Part shown: positions 26,842 to 41,223 of the stretch, in pieces | Layout: every line of letters begins with the position of its first letter | How positions within the stretch are numbered: the first letter of the stretch is position 1 | Assembly: GCF_037042905.1 (NCBI RefSeq) | Contig: NC_087251.1 | Span: forward strand, 36,334,001 to 36,398,000 | Reading direction: 5' to 3' | Length of the DNA: 64,000 nt | DNA from: Lytechinus pictus | Lineage: Eukaryota | The notes under the pieces: generated by a model | Databases searched by the model: none | What the model saw: the letters and a program-made list of their open reading frames with translations, nothing else | Told to the model about the DNA's origin: nothing | Made by a program: the position numbers and the translations under genes

Positions 26842-27584
26842 CCCTCTAGCACCTACAGAGTCCTATGCATAATGGCAATTACTCACTGGAGGAAACAATA
26901 AAACTGGTAATAAGTAGGCATTGTTCCAAACAAATTGAAATATTTTTTTATAAATTTACTTTTGTTCATTACAAGTTATATTTATTTTGTAGCATAGGAC
27001 CTGTTGAATAGAATGGTACATAACAAAGTTCAATCAGATGTACGAATATTGACCTTTGACAATCGTTTGCAGAGCGAGAAGAAAAAAAAACAAAAGTTCG
27101 GGTTTCAGCCGCCCCAGTCCCACGCCTTCAAAAAAATGTAAAGTATCACTGACAGAATACTAAAGTTTTCGCCAGATCTTGAATCAAATATGTCAATTAT
27201 TAATTCCAACACACATCTAGATGTCACTCTGTGTGATATCCAACGTTTTGATGAACATATAGCAAGGCCCGAGCTTCTTCGGCGAAGTAAGTGGTTTTCC
27301 GAGACATGGACGCAGCCATCTTTGCTGAGATCGACTGCGCAACAGTCTGGAACTTGCTACACACCGATGCATGTCAATCGGTTTTTCTCTATTATACTCA
27401 ATAGGAGCATACACTTTTCTATGCAGATCTATGTAGCAGCCAACCTATACGGTATGCACACGCAATATATCCACGGTAAATCATAGACAAGAGATACTAT
27501 AGCGCAAAGAAAACGTACGGGCGGTTAAGGGCGGTTCAGTGTGTAATAGGAAGGGCGGTCTCGGGCGGTTCAGGTGCTAAAGGG
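26842..27584. mobile_element. Non-autonomous piggyBac-like element
   Basis: TTAA|CCCTCTAGCACCT ... AGGTGCTAAAGGG|TTAA; repeated agggcggt motifs near the right end. Confidence 0.85.
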
Positions 27585-28102
27585 TTAAAGGTGCTTGGGT
27601 CTGTCCGTTTGCCATGCTAAGAAGTCTCAAAGTGCAGCCTTTTCTGCTGCTCAGACCATTCTGCGCATATATAGTAATAATTAAAAAAACCTTACCTCTG
27701 GAAGTGTGTGGTTCAGTTGGGTTTGAACCAGTTGAAGGTAAACCTGTTTTGTATAAACCAGTTTAACGTGTGAAAAGCACTTTTAGAAGCGATCTCAAGA
27801 GGTCTTGTAACTGAGCTGGTACAGAAACTGACCTCACAAGACCACTTTGGCTTGTTCAACCAGTCTAATCAGGATTAGATCAGACAAAACTTTGCTCTGG
27901 AAGTTATCTTCACCTGCAAGTTCTGCAGTTTGTGCAAATTGCCTGTGCTTTTTAGTACACTTTGCAATGCAAGCAGCTCAAAACGGTTTCAAATTTTTGT
28001 GAGGAACATTCCATCTCACTGAGAATGTTCGTATATAAATACCCAGTTCTGAAGGTTTTGATGTGAATGCTCATGAAGTGATATTCTAAATTTCTTCCTT
28101 AA

Positions 28103-28653
28103 AGGACAAGTCCACCCCAGCAAAAACTTGATTTTAATAAAAAGAGAATAATCCAACAAGCATTACACTGAAAATTTCATCAAAATCGGATGAAAAATAA
28201 GAAAGTTATGACATTTTAAAGTTTCGCTTAATTTCACAAAACAGTTATATGCACATCCCTGTCGTTAGGCAAATGAGGGGATTGATGACATCACTCACTA
28301 TTTCTTTTGCATTTTATCATATGAAATGTGAAATATTCTAATTTTCTCCCCATTGTCCTATGAAACAAAGTTTTATATCTCCCTGAACATGTGGAATTAC
28401 CATTGTTTAACATTTTATGGTTCAATCAAGTTGGTCCTTTTTGTCGAATCTGTAAAAATTGAAATGTTGTGTAATTCAAACAGTAAAAAAAAAATAGTGA
28501 GTGAGGGACATCATAGACTCAGCCATTTGCATGTGACTAAATTGTGCATATATAACTATTTTACATCCGATTTTTATGAAATTTTCAGCATTGTGCTTGT
28601 CTAATTTTTCTCTAGTGATTCAAATCAACATTTTTCTGGGGTGGACTTGAACT
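28103..28653. mobile_element. Non-autonomous Kolobok-like element
   Basis: TTAA|AGGACAAGTCCACCCCAG ... CTGGGGTGGACTTGAACT|TTAA. Confidence 0.8.
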
Positions 28654-28830
28654 TTAAGTGGGTTTAATAGGGAAGGCATATAAATATGTAGGTGGGTATA
28701 ATCAACAAGCCTATTGCCGCTAGCCAATTCACATCCTTGAAACAGTTGTGTGATTACAGGCAGAAACGTCATATATCATTGGAGTAAGGGAAAGTTTCTC
28801 CACTGCATGGGGCAAAAGAAAATAGGGGTA

Positions 28831-31003
28831 CCCAGGACCAAAATCCAGTTAAAACCAATTAGGGCAAAACCAATTGAAACCAGTTGGCCAACTGGTTTCA
28901 ATAGGGAAATTGGAACAACTGGTTCCAATTGAAAACCAGTTGCCAATTGGTTCCAGTTAAAAACCAATTGAAAACCAGTTGCCAATTGGTTCCAGTTAAA
29001 ACCAATTGGGCAACTGGAACCAGTTGGCAATTGTTGTCAATTGGTTCCAGTTGTTCCAATTTCCCTATTAAAACCAATTGAATCCAATTGGAGGCAACTG
29101 GTTTCAATTGGTTCCAGTTGAAACCAATTGGAGGCAACTGGTTTCAACTGGAACCAGTTGAAACCAATTGGTTTCCAACTGGATCCGATTGGAACTTCCA
29201 GTTGGAACGAACTTAATTAGTTACAAATTAATTAGCATTTGCACTAACTATTTCTCATGCCAACACAGAAGCAGTGTTATATGTCTATTAATACCAATGT
29301 AAAGGGCATTGATAAAATACAGACTTTCATGTGTATATATTTATATGGAAGATCTTCAAATATATGTACTTTTATTTGATGTAATTTGGTAACAGTTAGT
29401 GGTGTCCTAATTATCCTTTAATCTGTTTTAATTATAATCTATAACATTTATGAACATGGTTTTCACTGCTAAGTATTCTAAATACTAATCTTTAAAAAGT
29501 GTGGTACTTGAAATTGTAAAGAATTAAATAGATACATTGTTAATGATGATTAATCTCATAAAACATTAATCTGTGCACACTGGCAAATAATATGCAAATT
29601 AACTGGTTTCAATTGGATCCAGTTGGGTAACTGGAAAATTTCCAATTGGAAACCAATTGGAAATAATTTCCAGTTACCCAACTGGTTCCAATTAGAATTC
29701 ATTTCCAGTTACCCATCTTTCCAGTTAGAAGTCATCTCAGTTACCCAATTGGTACCAGTTAGGATTTCCAGTTACACAACTGAATGGTTCAAGTTAGGAT
29801 TTCCAGTTACCCAACTGGTTCCAGTTAGAAATCATTTCCAGTTGGAAGTCATTTCCAGTTACCCAACTGGTTCCAGTTAGAAATCATTTCCAGTTGGAAG
29901 TCCTTTCCAGTTACCCAACTGGTTCCAGTTAGGATTTCCAGTTGCCCAACTGGTTCCAGTTAGAAATCATTTCCAATTGGAAGTCATTTCCAGTTACCCA
30001 ACTGGTTCCAGTTAGGATTTCCAGTTGCCCAACTGGTTCCAGTTGGGATTTCCAGTTACTCAACTGGTTCCAGTAAGAAATCATTTCCAATTGGAAGTCA
30101 TTTCCAGTTACCCAACTGGTTCCAGTTAGGATTTCCAGTTGCCCAACTGGTTCCAGTTGGGATTTCCAGTTACTCAACTGGTTCCAGTTAGAAATCATTT
30201 CCAGTTGGAAGTCATTTCCAGTTACCCAACTGGTTCCAGTTAGGATTTCCAGTTGCCCAACTGGTTCCAGTTAGAAATCATTTCCAATTGGAAGTCATTT
30301 CCAGTTACCCAACTGGTTCCAGTTAGGATTTCCAGTTGCCCAACTGGTTCCAGTTGGGATTTCCAGTTACTCAACTGGTTCCAGTAAGAAATCATTTCCA
30401 ATTGGAAGTCATTTCCAGTTACCCAACTGGTTCCAGTTAGGATTTCCAGTTGCCCAACTGGTTCCAGTTGGGATTTCCAGTTACTCAACTGGTTCCAGTT
30501 AGAAATCATTTCCAGTTGGAAGTCATTTCCAGTTACCCAACTGGTTCCAGTTAGGATTTCCAGTTGCCCAACTGGTTCCAGTTAGAAATCATTTCCAATT
30601 GGAAGTCATTTCCAGTTACCCAACTGGTTCCAGTTAGGATTTCCAGTTGCCCAACTGGTTCCAGTTGGGATTTCCAGTTACTCAACTGGTTCCAGTAAGA
30701 AATCATTTCCAATTGGAAGTCATTTCCAGTTACCCAACTGGTTCCAGTTAGGATTTCCAGTTGCCCAACTGGTTCCAGTTGGGATTTCCAGTTACTCAAC
30801 TGGTTCCAGTTAGAAATCATTTCCAATTGGAAGTCATTTCCAGTTACCCAACTGGTTCCAGTTAGGATTTCCAGTTGCCTAACTGGTTTCAACTGGAAAT
30901 TGTTAAATTCCAGTTAAAACCAATTGAAACCAGTTGAAACCAATTGAAACCAATTGAAACCAGTTGGAATTCCAACTGGTTTCAATTGGATTTTGGTCCT
31001 GGG
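28831..31003. mobile_element. TIR element (EnSpm/CMC-like) filled with satellite repeats
   Basis: TA|CCCAGGACCAAAATCCA ... TGGATTTTGGTCCTGGG|TA; both arms built of ccaattgg/ccagttgg modules around an AT-rich core (~29220-29600). Confidence 0.8.
29923..30890. repeat. 311-bp higher-order tandem repeat, about 3 copies
   Basis: 31-bp and 52-bp monomers in order 31-52-31-31-52-31-31-52; identical spurious ORFs recur every 311 bp. Confidence 0.9.
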
Positions 31004-32401
31004 TAATTAGTGATGTGTGCTTGCTGTGGTATATTAAGTGGCTATTTAATTGACCGGAAGAATTGAAGTGTGATACATTTATGAAAACTTGACCCGTTTA
31101 GTGATATACTATTTACTGCCTTTTTAATTGAATGGATGTTTATTGGTATTTATCACTATTGAAGTTTGAATCTGAACCAAAGATTTAGAGCTAAAAGTGA
31201 CTAATCAACATAACAAAATAACAACTATTATAGCTGTATATGTGAATTCCTTTTAAGGGCCAAATTGGTATTGACTTTAAGCCTAAAAGGAAGGTTGGGT
31301 TTGATTTGATCTTCAAATATACTCGATTCTATTTTATTTGCCAACCATTATCGAGATAAGTAAGTGGTATTATTGTCAAGTTCTTCGCCAAGATTATGCA
31401 ATCATTTGTTTAATGAGAATCATCTTGTGATAAATTTGCAAATATCTTACCTGATGTATGTGCCTTATTACTGTAGAGCTGATGTGTATATGTTTGATTT
31501 TGTAATCTTTTAATTTATCCTGCATAATGAGATCAATATTGTCATAATAGTGGTCTCTTCTTTCAAAGGGCCTCATGGTTTTGTGAGAGCTACAGTACTT
31601 TCTAATTGAAACTAGAGCAAGAAAATAATACAACGAGCCCTGGAACTAGATTGACTTTGAAGTTCTGATGAAATTTACATATGCTGCTTCACACAATGTG
31701 TTCTTATGTAGATTCTGCATGGAGTGAAAATAGCCAATAATCTAGGCCGAGTTTGCATCTACAGTGTATATCATTGCTGTTATTTTGAAAGTAAGTGATG
31801 TGTGTGATGCGGGGGAGACAAAAAGTGAGTGTGTAGCAACCACCGCCTTTACAATACATGTCATACTTTTGTCGTTTTCTTTTCAACAACCAAGATTCGA
31901 TGTGGGTTTTTCATACGACATTCATCGATAAAAGAAAACAACAACTTACAGCCACTGGTCACAGTCTTGCCGCATCAGACATATATACACTGTAGCTTAC
32001 AAAGTTTTGCATAACAGAATCTCAGACACATAAAAGCAAAGACAGTAGCTGCAGCCTCCGCCTAGATCATAAGTTATAGTCATAACTACAGACGTACTTG
32101 TATATATTTTTCTAAATAGCTGTATTATTTGGAAAGTGTGTGAATATAGCAAGACAAGTTTGGCAGCTGGTAGTGATGGCCATGCCATAATTTAGCTCAC
32201 AATGTCAAAGTGAACAGGATGCACACTTAAAACTGAAGAAAGAAAGCTATCTCTGATTTACAGCACTATTGATGTCAGCGGTCAGCATGACCTCATGCCT
32301 AACTATTTGATGTCGGTTTATTTCTTAATCTTCATCAAATACACGATTACATCTTCCCATGATCAATAATATACCAAGGCTGGCTCACAAACAACACCTT
32401 A

Positions 32402-32801
32402 TACCCCTTTCATAAACCCAATAAAACCTATCCTCCAATTAGCCGCCTAAGAGTAATGCGGATAATTCAATAAAAATTGCGTTCACAAACTCCGAAAATT
32501 ATCCGCATTATTTTTACGAGCGCCTGTCCTGAAAAAGGCGGATAATCGTCATGACAACTGGACATGCCCCCTCCGATGCGGTTGTGTTGGAAAAGGGTGA
32601 CCTTGTGACCGCACCATGGCAATTATCCGCATTATTTGGAAGTACGTTCATAAACTCAAAATCTTGTCCCGATGCCGCTATTATGCGGATAATAGCAGCA
32701 TCAGAATAATGCGGATAACTCTTGTCCTCCTCTGATTTTACGACCAAATTATGCTGCTATTAGCCGCATAATTGGGTTTTATTGGGTTTATGAAAGGGGT
32801 A
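32402..32801 (-). mobile_element. MITE family C copy 1 (Harbinger-like)
   Basis: TACCCCTTTCATAAACCCA TIR, TTA duplication; inverse of 45332-45711. Confidence 0.85.
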
Positions 32802-34046
32802 TTACTTTCAATGAAAAACCTTTGACATACATTTTTCATAGTTATACATGTACCTGAAAGGAAAACGTGGTTGAATGCTGACTGTCAATGTCTTATGCTT
32901 TTGTTCAGTTGAAGTTGTTTACTCCTGCCAAAAAAAAATTTGTAATGACCAAATTTTGAATTATAACCCCCAAATATCCCGGAGTGCCAATGAAACTTCC
33001 TGAAAGATAGAAAAATATTGGTTGACCCTATACTCCTTCTTTCAGTTGACCATATGAATTTTTATTTACCAAATTCCCTTTTTTTCCAAAGTTCTAAAGG
33101 TAAAGTGACAGAAAGAAACAGGTGATAAACAAACTCAAGGGTTAGATCATTATATTACTCTTGGGAACTCACTAAAAAACTTGACCACTTTAAAAATCAA
33201 TTTCTCTTCTATTCAGTTTCTTTTTTTGAGGAGGGGTCAAGGCTTTAAAACTTCCTTGTCTGTTTGCATTGGCATTCCATTGCCAATGTCGGTTAAAAAC
33301 TCTTTCAAGATCAGAATATTTTGTAAATAAATGTAGGCCTCTAAAATTCAGTAAGGAGCTCGAGGCTGTCACGTTCAAAAGTTATTCCAAAACACTGTCA
33401 CTTGTAAACTACTGAGTGAATATTGCCAACTTGATAGTGCCACACCCCTTCAGGGTAATAAAAAAAAATGTGACACAGGAAGGATCAAATCCGACCCTGA
33501 AATGGTAACATTATTGAACATTATGACTCCAAACAGACCCTGTTTCTTGGTCAATCTTACTTGTGGTTTCAAGGTCACCATTGATATTTTATAATTCATC
33601 TTTCATTTCATTATGATTCATTTGCCATTTTTTCAAAGTTTCAAGGTTAGTAGGTTACCATAAATATTGTATAATTCATCTGGTACTTGATAGTTTTTGG
33701 AAATTTCATTTTGGTACACATAATTGATAAGATGGCAAAAACCTTGAATGGTGGGGGACGTGGGCCCTGGGTCTTATTCTTATTCTATATCATTTTATAT
33801 GCACTGGCGTCAATCACATTAAGCCAAAAGTAAAACCTAACTCTTATCCTAGATGGTACAAGCAAGGATGTAGCGAGGAAGAAATAGATAATTATTTAAA
33901 GGTCTATAGGATAAATTATTATTTTATTCCTGGATGATATCTTGTTTCTTTAAGGACATATTTGATGACTTTTATGCCACCTTAAACATACCATGTCCTC
34001 CTTCAATTTGATGATAATGACATGCACCAATCAACAGTTACCCTGG

Positions 34047-34200
34047 TGGGTGTTTCATAAAGCTGTTCATAAGTTAAGAGCGACTTTAAGAACGACTGGT
34101 GATCCTTTCTCTCGCACTAAATAATCACCAACAGACATTTAATGGTGAGTCATTCTTAAAGTTGTTCTTAAGTTACGAACAGCTTTATAAAATGGCCCCC
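34047..34200. mobile_element. Short MITE (gtgtttcataaagctg family)
   Basis: Inverted ends tttcataaagctgttc / gaacagctttataaaa; relative at 55105-55255. Confidence 0.6.
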
Positions 34201-34204
34201 TTCT

Positions 34205-34397
34205 GGATTTAACTCAGCTGCTGCTTTCGCCATTCAATGCATTCACATTTATCATGTCAGGTATCCATCCACCTCACCTGGGTTGAGTGCATCGCAATAT
34301 GGATGAACTTCTTGCTTAATATAAGGAGAACATATCCTGGCTGGAATTTGAACCTGTGACCCTCTGAAAGATGAGAGTGGAACCACCAGACCACAAT
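34205..34397 (-). mobile_element. tRNA-derived SINE fragment
   Basis: Minus-strand A/B-box-like head and shared cacctgggttgagtgca core, also seen at 56400-56600. Confidence 0.6.
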
Positions 34398-35281
34398 AAG
34401 CCTACAAATTTGATGCCTTCACCAATAGAGGGACTTAAATATCCGCATTTGGCATGCAGTATACATGCTTATTCATTGTGTGTTCATTAATAGTGCCTAT
34501 CAGCATGTTTTATGAGAAAAGCTTAGCCATTGATAATAGTCCTCTTGAATCACAGATCAAATATTGACTTTGGTCCTTGTCACAGGGGATATATTTCGTC
34601 CTTGGTGACTTTGATGTACATGTTGCAGTTCACAGCCATTCATGATTTTACTCCATTCTCACTGTGTTCAGATTATCAACATTGATGGTATAGCAACATG
34701 CAGTAGCAAATGTTTTATCTATAGTCTGAAAACTGTATACTAATCGGCTTGTTTAATATTCATTTATACCACAAAATTTTCTCTTTTTGTTGTCACTGCT
34801 GTCGCCCATTTCATATACCTAATTACATTGATGAACATATAAGACTACTATCAGTGTCATAATGAAATGATTGGTCAGCTGTTATGACCTCCCCAAACTT
34901 TAACTTTCTTTTTCAGTTGTTTCTTCGTTTGTTTGCTTTAAATACAAAGATTGTGTACTTGCTATAGCTTGAAAAGGCTAGTAGATCTGTATGTCCTTCA
35001 TTCCGCTATAACGAGTGTTTATCATCCGAGGTATCAAGGGATACTTCATTCCGTACAAGTACTTTTCTGTTTATTATCCTCACATTTTCCCATTGTCTTT
35101 TTTCTTTTTTACAGTTTCAGCAAAAAAGAAAAATTTCATTGTTTTTTGCAAAAGTATTTTATGAAGTATAATTTTTGGTGTGTGAGATACCCTGCGACTG
35201 CTATAGCAAGATGGATTGTCAAATATCATCTCTGTCTTCAATTTATTTCATTACTTTTTCTCACACTCTCCGTGTACCTTG

Positions 35282-35337
35282 TTTTTGTCTCACCTGCATA
35301 GCAGAGTGAGACTATAGGCGCCGCTTTTCCGACGGCG

Positions 35338-35392
<55 letters not shown>

Positions 35393-36287
35393 CGGCGGCG
35401 TCAACACCAAATCTTAACCTGAGGTTAAGTTTTTGAAATGACAGCATAACTTAGAAAGTATATGGACCTAGTTCATGAAACTTGGCCATAAGGTTAATCA
35501 AGTATTACTGAACATCCTGCCTGAGTTTCATGTCACATGACCAAGGTCAAAGGTCATTTAGGGTCAATGAACTTAGACCATGTTGGGGGAATCAACATCA
35601 AAATCTTAACCTAAGGTTAAGTTTTTGAAATGTCATCATAACTTAGAAAATATATGGACCTAGTTCATGAAACTTATACATAAGGTTAATCAAGTATCAC
35701 TGAACATCCTGCATGAGTTTCACATCACATGACCAAGGTCAAAGGTCATTTAGGGTCAATGAACTTTGGCCGAATTGGGGGTATCTGTTGAATTACCATC
35801 ATAACTTTGAATGTTTATGGATCTGATTCATGAAACTTGGACATAATAGTAATCAAGTATTACTGAACATCCTGTGCAAGTTTCAGGTCACATGATCAAG
35901 GTCAAAGGTCATTTAGGGTCAATGAACTTTGGCCAAATTGGGGTATTTGTTGAATTACAGCCATAAATTTGAAAGTGTGTTGGTCTAGTTCATAAAACTT
36001 GGACATAATAGTAATCAAGTATCACTGAACATCCTGTGCGAGTTTCAGGTCACATGATCAAGGTCAAAGGTCATGTAAGGTCAAAGAACTTTGGCCACGT
36101 TGGGGGTATTTGTTGAATTGCCATCATATCTCTATAAGTGTATTGGTCTAGTTCATAAAACGTGGAAATAAGAGTAACCAAGTATCACTGAACATCTTGT
36201 GCGAGTTATAGTAGTTTTCAAAATCAGCACTGCTGCTATATTGAATCGCGTGATGCAGGTGAGACGGCCAGAGGCATTCCACTTGTT
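35282..36287 (+). mobile_element. Helentron/HINE-like family B copy 2
   Basis: Near-identical to 17131-18100 with a longer (GGC)n tract. Confidence 0.85.
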
Positions 36288-36854
36288 TACTCTTTATCTC
36301 TGTTAATTTTGGTTTATGCTCTTAAAGTGTCCGTCTCTGTTCCAGTTCATTACTACTTGATGTGAAAATGTATGCCCTAAAATGCATTGTAAAGGATTTA
36401 TCTTACAAATTTTTGTACAGGAACTTATTTTCTTTCCGTGATCTAAATAAAAATATTTTGTATTTTATTATCTTTTACATTAAACCAATTCTCATGTATG
36501 AAATGAGCTGAAAATTTCAGGATATGATGTGTTTTTCTTGCATCCAGTCTTTGAATTTGTAACAATTAAGACAGGGTGTTCAAAGGAAATAAAAACAAAA
36601 TAATACTAGATTTTAAATTTTCACAAAGTAACCAACAGCTAAAAAAAAAGTTGATGGTGAATACACTTTTGTGAGATTGGGTTGTCAGAAGATACCCAAG
36701 AATAATTCACATTACTAACCTTTTACCAAAGTTTAGTCATGAGTATGAATATGTTATGGAAGAGTTTCTCATAATTAGGAATGAATTCTCCACAAATTGT
36801 TGAAATTTAGCTGCAGATTACACACACTTCTCCTTGCATCTCATCCAATTTCAG

Positions 36855-36976
36855 ATCCATCGCATCGCCCGTCAAGCAGCGCCTGAGTCGGGATGGGGAG
36901 AGTGGGGCATCTGGAGTGCATGCTCAAGATCCTGCGGAGGAGGGGTGTCTTACCAAGAGAGACAGTGTATCGCTGG
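36855..36976 (+). CDS. PAPLN: Papilin exon, N-terminal part of TSP1 repeat: [41 protein letters not shown]
   Basis: Acceptor ...catccaatttcAG, phase 0 start, canonical [18 protein letters not shown] TSP1 motif, donor GG|GTAGGT in phase 2; missed by the ORF track. Confidence 0.92.
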
Positions 36977-38590
36977 GTAGGTTATGAACACTTTAAAGTC
37001 CTTTTAAATCATTCTCCGGCATAAATCTCAAATTACCTGGATAACTTTTTCAGGTAACAACCTTCTTTAAAGGGGTAAGAAGCCCATATAACACATTGTG
37101 ATTCACTCCAATTATTATTTTTTTCTTGGGGGAGATTACAATATAGATCTACAATTATTTACATACTTTACTTAGATTTACTTAAATCCAACAACACTTT
37201 CAGGACTGAGTCTGTTCATGGATGAAATGGAAATACAAAATTCTCCACACTATCAACCTTATAACAACTAGTAATCCAGTAATCTAGTAAATAATGGCAT
37301 TACAGTCACAGGCCTTTTTTTAATGCCAAATCGGTTCCAAATCGTTGTGATATCAGTGCTGTCTTGCAACCTTTTATGAGTTTATTTTGATTTGGCCCCT
37401 TTTACAGACATATTACTTGCCTCAAACAAAGGTCAATGGAGTAAAAAATTAGTTAAAAATTGATTCAGGAGAATTGATAAGTGAAAATTTTATTTGATAA
37501 TTGTGATTCATAATGGAAATCTGATTGCAGCTTACAGCATAGTAAGGGGTGGGCTCTAGAGATAGAGGAAACAGTGTTGTGGATGTGGCAGTTGTTGTGA
37601 TGGTAGTTTGCGAGGGTAGTAATATCCAAGACCCTTTGAAAGTGCATAGAAACGTTTAATGGTCCGTGATATGCACTATGCAAGAAATGAATATTATTAT
37701 TGTTATAATTATTATACACCTTGATATTGAGGTGTTCCTGAGGGCAGTCGTGATGGAGATAGAACAATGTATAGACCAAATTGGTTCGGGTGCTCTTAAT
37801 GGAGATGGGGGTGCTTGGAGTATACCTATCATGGATGATTGAATTGATTGAAAGCTAATAGCAGGTAGTTCGGGGAAAATATTTTGAAAAACTCACACAG
37901 GGTCTGTTCAATTATATCAAGACCCTCTAGTGGGTGTGGTTAAATAACTTTGTAAACATTCCTGTGCTCTAAACATATTGCAGTGGCCATCTCATACCCC
38001 ATCATCCTTGCTTTAAGGGCTGAAGATGTGCAATGTAAATATATGGTCTGTCTTGTATTTATTTAACCTTGCAAGTAGCATTTATTATTGTCCTGAACTT
38101 TTTTTTTTGCATGAGACTTGAGTTATGTGGCTGCTGCTGAGTGTGGCTGCTAACTGTGGTTAAACCAAGACCATACTTCCACAAAGCGTAGAATGACCTA
38201 CACTGTATTCTACATCACTTTAGTTGAATTTCATGGTTATGGTTATTCTATAATTCCAGTTATTGAAATAATTATATCTTTGTTACCAATTTGATATGAA
38301 AACTTGATATATTCACAATATCTAAAAATAGTATATAGGCGTGTATAGAACCTGAGATGCAGCACTATTGAACATGATAGGAGATAAGTTTTAGTTTCTT
38401 GTATCCTAATAGGGCCAGAATGATCAAGACAATCCCTTCCTGTTGTACATGTAGATATGCATCATCAACGTGATGAACATCTATAAAAGGAAACCCAGAT
38501 TTTATGCTCCATCGATGTTGGGCGTTAATTTTGGCGCTCTCTTTGCTGGTGAAACCGATGAATAGGACCATCATATACCAGCATGTCCAG

Positions 38591-39209
38591 GGTGGGGTTT
38601 CACATAAGTTAAAGAGTGATTTAAAGTCACACTTAGCAGTTATAACATGGGCATACAATCCAATAAGTCTTCACTTGGGTTAAAGTGCATGGTCAGAATA
38701 CAGAGCCTCCATTGGCTTGTGTACTGAAGGAACAGCAAGTTTTAAACATGCTAGTCTTTTGTGAAGGCTCACTTGAGGATCAAAGTTTCAATTTAGGTCT
38801 ATGCCTGCAGACTACAATTTCTCCGAAGTCAAATTAGACTCGGAATGGTGCCCGCTGGGAGTTGACTCTATTGAGAGTCAAAGTGACTCCACTCAAATTT
38901 CGAATTGATTTAACTCGAAATGGTATCCAATCAGCTGGTAATCACTCAATTACAAGTCAAAGTAATTATGAAATGAGTCACTCTGACTTCAAACAGAGTC
39001 GACTTCCACCTGGCACTATTCCCAAGTTAAATTTGACTCCTCAAAAGTAAGAGTGCATATTCTTAAATACGTAATCCCAATTACAGATACGCGGTAGCGC
39101 GCTTCCCCTTTGCATGAGCTGACCGATGTGGTGATGCAATATTTACCACATGCATCTGGAAATTAAATTTTGATTTTCAGTCACACTTAAATCTTTGTGA
39201 AACACCTCC
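38591..39209. mobile_element. MITE with CAG duplication, interrupted by a nested repeat at ~38770-39056
   Basis: ggtggggtttcacata / tttgtgaaacacctcc ends with CAG both sides; uninterrupted relative at 50218-50429. Confidence 0.6.
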
Positions 39210-40254
39210 CAGGTAACCGAATTCATGAAGAGAGCTCTTTCTGGTTTGCATGACTTCATCTTTTATAGCAAAGCCGCTTTTGAGGTGCATGCAGGTTGAC
39301 AAGACAAAATGCAATCATTTGTTTGATGGCAACAAAAGATGGACTAAAGACCAGAGTGTGAGCGAAAAGTCAAGTTATTGTGCAGATGAATAAAGAAATA
39401 AGCTTGTTGCATGCATGGCTTGCTCTGCATTCTGCACAACTATCATTTATTATAATTTGAGAGAAGTATGGAGTAATTTGCCTTGAGCATATTTATTTAT
39501 AATATGGTTTTTGGATGCTGCAAGAATTTGAATAGCAAGAGCACATTTAATGTTGTTTTTATGCATAGAGAGAACATCATTAGTAATTTTGAGAGGATCA
39601 TGAAGATATCTCTCCTGTCTTGATAAACATGGTCCAGTATTTCAACAACTTGGTAAATGAAGTATGAAAAATTTAATGTGATAAAGGTCGATTGAATGAC
39701 AGAAGTACTGCAAGATTTTGTATTGGCAGTGAATTATGATGTCTTATTGGCTTATGTCATGAAACTGTTTTCCCATCCTTTGAAAATGTTTGATAGCTAT
39801 ATTGATGATACATTACTTTTTTAAAGATGATATTTAGATACTAGATCTCTATAAATGTAAATGGTTTATTCTCAGGATGTTTCAGATGATATTGAAAACA
39901 AACATACCCTTATAGGGAATTGTACATGGAAAGTGAAATTGCATAATGACATTTTGATCACGCATTTAGGAATACGCTGTCTGGAATGGCATAGATGGGG
40001 GAGCACATGGAAGAAAAATATTTGATTGAGTTCACGGTTTCTCCTGAGGGATGTTTGGACTAGCATGAATTCACATAACGAGAACCCATGTTGCTTTTTT
40101 TTATCATCTCTTACACCAGCCATCAAATCTTTCTGATAATTTGACACAAATTAAATTTCCATATTTTATGCGGGTGCATCACCAGTAATTTTTAATTCCT
40201 GATATCCTTGATCACCTCTGCTAATCAGCTGGCTAGACTATCAGCTTGCTCAAT

Positions 40255-40731
40255 AGGTGGTTTCAAACCGCCTCGATCACAAGAATCCCCGTTAAATTAC
40301 GAGAACTTTTTAGGCTGAAAAATACCCATTAATTATTCCTGCATTCACACCGCCCTGAAACATACCCTTCGGGATAAGTTCCTGAAGTTACGAGCATGCG
40401 CAGTATGGTCTGATAAGCAGCAAGGCGCGAAATTCAAAATCACTAGCCCAGCAGCAACCCATGCACGGCGCCGCACCCAACGACACGCTGGGCTAAAAGT
40501 TCCCGTAATTTGCTTTCAGACCGCCAAAATACCCACGACCTTGGAAAAATCCCCGCGAAAGTTCTCGTAATTTCGCCAAGTACCTACTATTTATCGGGTA
40601 TTTTCTTTCGGGGATATTACGCGTAGTTTGCTTTCACACCGCCAAAATACCTGGTATTTTCTGATCGGGGTAAATTTCCCGATCAGAGAATATCTGGAAC
40701 TGGCGAACTTCGAGGCGGTCTGAAACCACCT
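40255..40731 (+). mobile_element. MITE family A copy 3
   Basis: Same TIRs, AAT duplication. Confidence 0.9.
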
Positions 40732-41223
40732 AATGGGTATAGTTTGTAGGCTACTATGGCATGGTGATGCAAGTCAAGCATAACAAAGGAAACCATGGAT
40801 GAGGGCTATAGTAAGTTCTATTATCTGGTAATTGCCAAGAGAGTTTTTCAAGTAAATTAACAAGCCCTCCAAAGCCCAGCCACAATAAAGATCAAAGAAC
40901 CGCAGACAACAATGGCTCGTGACCTGAGCTAGATTAACCCTCTCACAATAATGTTGTGAACAAGGTCATGTAATGCAGAATATTATAAAGGAGGTCTTAA
41001 ACCAATTCATGCTAAAGAAATTTGACAGCAACAACTTAAAATCATGCTGTGAAATGCATTCGTGAAATAGACAAATGAGATATTGACTTGTTCAGCATTT
41101 AAAACGAAATAAAACATAGCAAGAAACTTGTTGATTGTATGACGTGCAAAGATAAAGTATTGACCAGTCAGAAAATGCAGAAATAAGAAAGCTTCCTAGA
41201 CTAAGTCTATATGGCCTGTTTTA

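Noticed and set aside
29623..30892. Repeated identical ORFs (MISNWNQLSNWKSQLEPVGQ...) and a CRISPR-like look
   Set aside because: They are translations of the satellite. There are no unique spacers, no cas genes and the context is eukaryotic.
35238..35447. Poly-alanine ORF
   Set aside because: It is the (GGC)n microsatellite of the HINE-like element read on the minus strand.
36322..36996. TTAA-AGTGT ... ACACT-TTAA bracketing the TSP1 exon, suggesting exon capture by a Kolobok-like element
   Set aside because: The inverted match is only about 5-7 bp beyond TTAA and is likely chance; the exon is in its expected gene order.
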